Below are positions 18,322 to 22,948 of a DNA stretch of 22,948 bases, one piece after another. A program made the translations under genes and the position numbers. The stretch is from Candidatus Hydrogenedentota bacterium (lineage in GTDB: Bacteria; Hydrogenedentota; Hydrogenedentia; Hydrogenedentales; SLHB01), in the NCBI GenBank assembly GCA_034408725.1, contig JAWXCN010000217.1, forward strand, positions 1 to 22,948, read 5' to 3'. Position 1 is the first letter of the stretch; each line of letters starts with the position of its first letter. The notes under the pieces were generated by a model, which was not told the origin of the DNA, did no database searches, and worked only from the letters and a program-made list of their open reading frames with translations.

Positions 18322-18470
18322 GAATTCTTCTTCAAACCCAGGCATCGATTGGCGCGACTCGCCGACAAGGCAAGTAGCCATTGTCTGACGCTTGCTTTTG
18401 CGTCAGCGTGTTACAGTCCAATCACAAACCTCCAGATAAGGCAGGGATCACGAAGCAAAGGAAATGCGCC

Positions 18471-18938
18471 ATGAATGATACATTCACAACTACGACCATC
18501 ATTAAGCAACCCGTCGCGGACGTATTTGCAAAATGGGCGGAAATAGAACATTTTCCAGAGTTCATGGAAAACATTGTCTCCGTCGAGCGGTATGATGACA
18601 CGACCTCTCATTGGGTCGTCAAAGGTCCATTGGACCGGGAGATCGAGTGGGTCGCGGAAACAACTTTGCTCGAACCCAATCAGCGTATTGCCTGGAAGGC
18701 GGCTGGTGATACCGTAAAGACCAGCGGACAGGCCACATTTACCGCATTACCAAACGACGCGACGCAAATCACGCTTACCGTGCACTATGTTCCAACCGGT
18801 GGCATTGCGGGAAAGCTGACAGCGCGGGTGTTCGGCAACGTGGAGGAGCGAATCGTTGCCGATCTCGGGAACTTCAAGAAATTCTGTGAGGGTATGCATG
18901 ATCGACTGTCCTTCGCTCGTGAGCGTTCATCGGATTAG
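18471..18938 (+). CDS. SRPBCC family (cyclase/dehydrase-like) protein
   Basis: PVADVFAKWAEIEHFPEFMENIVSVE, SHWVVKGP, EW.AE...EPNQRIAW, DLGNFKKF. ATG 18471 has an AAGGA SD. Confidence 0.88.
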   Translation: MNDTFTTTTIIKQPVADVFAKWAEIEHFPEFMENIVSVERYDDTTSHWVVKGPLDREIEWVAETTLLEPNQRIAWKAAGDTVKTSGQATFTALPNDATQITLTVHYVPTGGIAGKLTARVFGNVEERIVADLGNFKKFCEGMHDRLSFARERSSD

Positions 18939-19266
18939 TTTACACACGATTATCTGAATAGCTGGCACCGAACGGTGCCATCTGATCGTCCGATGTGGGG
19001 AGAGCATGGACATGCATACTGCCCCCCCGCGTATGCAGGTCGCGCCCATTGCGCGGAACGTTGCGCAAGGTCTCGCTTCCCGGTAACGGCACTTCGCCGC
19101 GTTTGACCGCTATTCCCTCGAATCCCGGTCCTTGGCGATTGATGATTTTCTGGAGAGCACTCTCGCCGTTCCCGGCTAGCATCGAAACTCATTGAGGTCC
19201 AGTTGGCGACAACCCGCCACGTATGCGTTACAATCTGAGGCCATTGGTATCTTGGGGGAAGTTGCG

Positions 19267-20829
19267 ATGCAAGATGGACGGTTGCGTTGGTTGCCGGGTG
19301 TTTCACTCTGCATAATCGCGCTTGCACTTGGTGTTGGGTGTCCTCAAGACACGCCAGACGAATTACCTCTCGTGGAAGGCGAGCATCTGATGCGGTTCGT
19401 ACACCTGTCCGACACGCAAATTGTCGATCAGGAAAGCCCCGCGCGACTTGTTCGATTTTCTCCATTCGCATTGAGCGCATGGAGGCCACAGGAAGCCTAT
19501 GGCGTGCAAACGCTGGACGCGACCCTTCGCATCATAAATGATTACGCTGATCGCAAGGGCGACGAAGATTTCCCCATCGATTTTCTGATCGCCACCGGTG
19601 ATCTCACAGACGGCTGCCAGCACAACGAACTGCGCTGGTTCCTCGATACGATGGACGGCAAAAATTTGTCTATCGATTCGGGTGAACTGGACGGTGCGGA
19701 CCGGGTCCAGAATCCGTTGGACAATCCTACTTTAACGTATGAAGCTGAGGGAATCAGCCCTATGATTCCGTGGTACACCGTGTTTGGAAACCATGATGGT
19801 CTCGCTTCGGGTGTCTTTAGTATCGACCGTGACGCGGAGGACCCGGCAGATTGGACCGCGCAATTGTTGCGGCCAATTTCCGCGATCATCGGGCTGCACA
19901 GGCAATTTCCGCCTCGCAATGAATTTAACCCGATCACCGCGTTCAGCCCGGCGATTATCACTGCGGCGAAGGAATCGGCGAATGCGGAAACGCTGGAATT
20001 AGACCTTTGGCAGTTGCGGGCCGGCGCCATCGCGGCAGACGCGGATCGGCGATTTATAGATCGCCATGAATTTATCCATGAACATTTTCAAACGGCGTCA
20101 CTTCCAGAGGGTCATGGCTTTACCGAGTCGAACAAGGCGACAGGATTGGCGCGGTATTCTGTTAGGCCCAAGGCCGATGTTCCCATTCGCGTCATCGTGC
20201 TCGACACTGTCCCACCGAGTTCGAGACCTGGATTGCCCGCGCACTACGGAGTGATGACACGCGAGCAAATGGACGATTTCCTGGCGCCCGAAATTGAAAT
20301 TGCGGAAGAAGCAAACGAATTTGTGATTGTCGCCACACACCATCCCAGCGCGGACTTTGATTTGCCATACTTTGGCGAAAAAGTTGGAACCCAGAAGTTC
20401 CGGGAGTTCCTCGCCACCCGGCCCAACGTCATCGCGCATATATGCGGACATACGCACCGCAATTTCGTGCGCAGGATTGAGGGGGCCAATCCCTACTATG
20501 AAATCGAAACGGGTTCAATTATTGATTATCCGCAGGAAGCCCGCATCCTCGATATATACTACGACGCGGAAACCGGCATGGTGCGTCTGAAGAGTCAAAT
20601 GATTAGCCACATGGAGAATCCGACACGGCTGTCGGCAGAATCGTTTCGCCGCTCGGAAATCCACGCGAGCTTCTACGCCTCCGTAAAATTGCAGGGCGAC
20701 GCGCAGTTGTTGCAAGGTCAACTTGAAGAAGGGCTGTTTGCTGGATGGCCCGAACAAATACCGAGTAAAACGGAACGGTTTGGGCTGGAATCGGATCGCA
20801 ATTTCGATGTTGTGATCTTCCGCGACTGA
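19267..20829 (+). CDS. Calcineurin-like metallophosphoesterase, predicted lipoprotein
   Basis: Signal peptide with lipobox LGVG-C, then motifs HLSDTQ, ATGDLTD, GNHD, THHP and CGHTH. ATG 19267 is preceded by GGGGGA. Confidence 0.85.
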   Translation: MQDGRLRWLPGVSLCIIALALGVGCPQDTPDELPLVEGEHLMRFVHLSDTQIVDQESPARLVRFSPFALSAWRPQEAYGVQTLDATLRIINDYADRKGDEDFPIDFLIATGDLTDGCQHNELRWFLDTMDGKNLSIDSGELDGADRVQNPLDNPTLTYEAEGISPMIPWYTVFGNHDGLASGVFSIDRDAEDPADWTAQLLRPISAIIGLHRQFPPRNEFNPITAFSPAIITAAKESANAETLELDLWQLRAGAIAADADRRFIDRHEFIHEHFQTASLPEGHGFTESNKATGLARYSVRPKADVPIRVIVLDTVPPSSRPGLPAHYGVMTREQMDDFLAPEIEIAEEANEFVIVATHHPSADFDLPYFGEKVGTQKFREFLATRPNVIAHICGHTHRNFVRRIEGANPYYEIETGSIIDYPQEARILDIYYDAETGMVRLKSQMISHMENPTRLSAESFRRSEIHASFYASVKLQGDAQLLQGQLEEGLFAGWPEQIPSKTERFGLESDRNFDVVIFRD

Positions 20830-20850
20830 CCGCGCGCGAGACTTGTGGGA

Positions 20851-21501
20851 TTATTTTTTCTCCTCGTCACCGCCTTTAGATTGAACTTGCGCGCGGAGAC
20901 CTTTGAACACTTTTGGAATCGCGATTTCCGTCGCGGCATTATTTGCCCAAGCTGGAATCGAGCCGCCCGGGTCCGTAAACACCGTGTACCGCACAAACGA
21001 CCGTTTCCCATCATATGCGCGCACTTCCCACGAGCCGTGGGAATCTTTTATGTTTCCACTCTCCTTTTCATACGTCCAGCTACTCGTGTACACCGTGGTT
21101 CCCGATACGTCATCAGAAGAATCCGTGAGGTTCAGAACATAATGCCGATCGCCTATCGGCCAGGGAAAATCCAGCGCAAAATAAACTGAAGACTTCTGGT
21201 CTTCGCTTTCCTTAACCTGGACCGTCTTGCAATACGGCATGAACGACGTGAAACTGTTGTAGTCCGTGAGCACCAAAAACACATCTTCCGGCAGCGCGTC
21301 TATCAATCCAACCGCCACGGCCTTCTTCGTGCCAGTGTCCGTAACTTCGGTGAGTTCGACCAAAAGTTCGCCTTTTTCCAATATTGTCCGGTCAGGTTCG
21401 CTTATCGGGAGCCCGTTTGGCGCCAATAATCCGGAAGCAGGGGGCGCCTCCGCCAAACCCGCCAGCGGGAAAAACATAGAAAGAATTAGAAACCTATTCA
21501 T
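20851..21501 (-). CDS. SRPBCC/START-like protein with signal peptide
   Basis: MNRFLILSMFFPLAGLA signal-like start, IDALPEDVFLVLTDYNSFTSFMPY, FPWPIGDRHY, GSWEV, DPGGSIPAWANN. Confidence 0.82.
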   Translation of the reverse strand: MNRFLILSMFFPLAGLAEAPPASGLLAPNGLPISEPDRTILEKGELLVELTEVTDTGTKKAVAVGLIDALPEDVFLVLTDYNSFTSFMPYCKTVQVKESEDQKSSVYFALDFPWPIGDRHYVLNLTDSSDDVSGTTVYTSSWTYEKESGNIKDSHGSWEVRAYDGKRSFVRYTVFTDPGGSIPAWANNAATEIAIPKVFKGLRAQVQSKGGDEEKK

Positions 21502-21557
21502 GAAAATAATTTTACCATGCTTTATCGGTGACAGGCGACTATTGGCTTGGATCACAC

Positions 21558-21589
21558 AAAAAAACAGGCACTTTCACAAAGTGCCTGTT
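21558..21589 (-). terminator. Rho-independent terminator downstream of tRNA-Pro
   Basis: Minus strand: AACAGGCACTTT-GTG-AAAGTGCCTGTT, a perfect 12-bp stem running into a 7-T tract. Confidence 0.88.
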
Positions 21590-21604
21590 GATTTAGGATA
21601 TAAA

Positions 21605-21682
21605 TGGTCGGGGTGAGAGGATTCGAACCTCCGGCCTCTTCGTCCCGAACGAAGCGCGCTAACCGGGCTGCGCTACACCCCG
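21605..21682 (-). tRNA. tRNA-Pro (anticodon CGG)
   Basis: CGGGGTGTAGCGCAGCCCGGTTAGCGCG-CTTCG-TTCGGGA-CGAAG-AGGCCGGAGGTTCGAATCCTCTCACCCCGACCA: cloverleaf, TTCGAA T-loop, encoded CCA. Confidence 0.97.
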
Positions 21683-21694
21683 ACGCAAAGGAAT

Positions 21695-21724
21695 AGTGTA
21701 CGTTTCGCTTGGTGCTGGTGTCAA
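21695..21724 (-). promoter_or_regulatory. Sigma70-type promoter for tRNA-Pro
   Basis: Minus strand TTGACA-N18-TACACT, ending 12 nt before the tRNA 5' end. Confidence 0.75.
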
Positions 21725-21793
21725 ACGCGTGATATCAATGCGGGCGTTCGGGTAGGATGTTGCGGCTCGAATTCCGGTGCGCAACAACACGCC

Positions 21794-22948
21794 ATGAATC
21801 GCTATAAAACGACCAAGCCGTCTGCGGTCTCACGCGAGATTTCAAAGTTTCCCTGGAGCGCCGCGTGTTGTATCGGGCTCTTGGCATTGCTGGCTCATGC
21901 GCCTGGATTTCTCAACGGCTTTATCGCCGCATACGATGACGACATGTATGTACTGCAGAATTCCGCGGTGCAAGGTGGGTTGTCAGTCCGGGGCCTGGTC
22001 TACGCCTTTACGGAGACCTGCGCCGGGAACTGGCATCCGCTTACCATGCTGTCTCACATGGCCGATACAACGTTTTTTGGATTGTGGGCGCCTGGCCATC
22101 ACGCGGTCAGCATACTTTTCCACGCGTGCAATTCCGTGCTCCTCCTTCTATTACTGTATGCAATGACGGGCCCCGATGGGCGGAGCGCCGCGGTTGCTTG
22201 TTTATTCGCGGTCCATCCAATTCACGTGGAATCAGTGGCGCACGTTTCCCAGCGAAAAGACGTGCTTTGCGGATTTTTCTTTCTATTGTGTTTGCTGGCT
22301 TATGTGGGCTATGCGCGCACGAACTCCGGCCGGCAGTATGCGCAGGTAATTTTATTTACCATCTTGGCGGTGCTATCGAAACCGGTCGCCGTCACGTTAC
22401 CGTTTGTACTGTTGTTGCTCGATTACTGGACATTGGGCCGGCTTGGGAACCGCGCCGAATGGAAGCGCGCGTGCGTTGAAAAATTGCCCATCTTTGCGAT
22501 TGTCGCTGTTCTGTCCGTCGTCACTTACCTGGTTCAACGCGCGTCGGGCGCCGTCCAATCGACGGATTTTTTCCCCATGTCACTGCGATTTTCCAATGCG
22601 TCGCTCGCGTATCCAGCGTACATTGGAAAGACGCTTTGGGCCGTCGGGCTGTCCCCGTTTTATGCAATGCCGTTCACAATTGCAATTTGGAAGACGGTGC
22701 TTGCGGTGGTTTTTCTGTTTGTGGTTAGCGTTGCCGCCATTGCGGGTAGACGCGGATATCCATGGTTCATTATCGGTTGGTTGTGGTTCCTGGGGACACT
22801 GTTTCCCATGATCGGCATTGTGCAGGTGGGGTCGCAGTCATTGGCCGACCGCTACGCTTACATCACATTTATCGGTCTGTACATTGTATTGGTTTGGGGG
22901 GCGTCCGAGGTCCTTGTGCGATTCATTCCCGGATTGCGCATTGCCGCT
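21794..22948 (+). CDS. TMTC-like GT-C fold membrane glycosyltransferase (N-terminal 385 aa, runs off the window; such proteins usually have C-terminal TPRs)
   Basis: Manual translation, open to the window end and absent from the ORF track: F..YDDDMYVLQN, NWHPLTMLSH, FAVHPIHVESVAHVSQRKDVL, LSKPVAVTLP..LLLLDYW, EKLP, QVGSQSLADRYAYI. Confidence 0.85.
   Translation, partial: MNRYKTTKPSAVSREISKFPWSAACCIGLLALLAHAPGFLNGFIAAYDDDMYVLQNSAVQGGLSVRGLVYAFTETCAGNWHPLTMLSHMADTTFFGLWAPGHHAVSILFHACNSVLLLLLLYAMTGPDGRSAAVACLFAVHPIHVESVAHVSQRKDVLCGFFFLLCLLAYVGYARTNSGRQYAQVILFTILAVLSKPVAVTLPFVLLLLDYWTLGRLGNRAEWKRACVEKLPIFAIVAVLSVVTYLVQRASGAVQSTDFFPMSLRFSNASLAYPAYIGKTLWAVGLSPFYAMPFTIAIWKTVLAVVFLFVVSVAAIAGRRGYPWFIIGWLWFLGTLFPMIGIVQVGSQSLADRYAYITFIGLYIVLVWGASEVLVRFIPGLRIAA

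Noticed and set aside
18963-18980. Sigma54 promoter at TGGCACCGAACGGTGC
   Set aside because: The GG-GC spacing is 11 rather than 10; it is better explained as a palindrome.
21558-21682. tRNA-Pro as the attachment site of a genomic island carrying the EPS cluster
   Set aside because: No integrase or duplicated tRNA 3' end was seen in the window, and the native terminator directly follows the tRNA.
21897-22811. Three short + strand ORFs in the track
   Set aside because: They are alternative frames of the single open TMTC-like frame starting at 21794.

Overview
GC-rich bacterial DNA, most of it one ~17.4 kb co-directional Wzx/Wzy-type exopolysaccharide/capsule operon on the + strand (882-18321). 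Gene order: wza-like exporter (one 1-nt frameshift), Wzc/GumC co-polymerase, ExeA-like AAA ATPase, CpsD/CapB-like kinase with degenerate Walker motifs, stand-alone degenerate GGDEF protein with an intact RxxD I-site, priming phosphoglycosyltransferase, flippase, polymerase, two GT4s, an SDR epimerase, GT4, ugd, GT2, GT4 and a WecB/TagA-family GT. The operon lies back-to-back with a type IV pilin-like gene cut by the left edge, and both have correctly spaced sigma54 -24/-12 motifs. Downstream are an SRPBCC protein, a lipoprotein metallophosphoesterase, a convergent exported SRPBCC/START protein, tRNA-Pro(CGG) with promoter and terminator, and a TMTC-like GT-C membrane protein cut by the right edge. 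The most notable candidate system is a regulatory module at the head of the operon (ATPase, pseudokinase, and a putative c-di-GMP receptor overlapping the priming transferase). No mobile element or CRISPR array was seen. All calls come from manual motif reading; no database searches were run.
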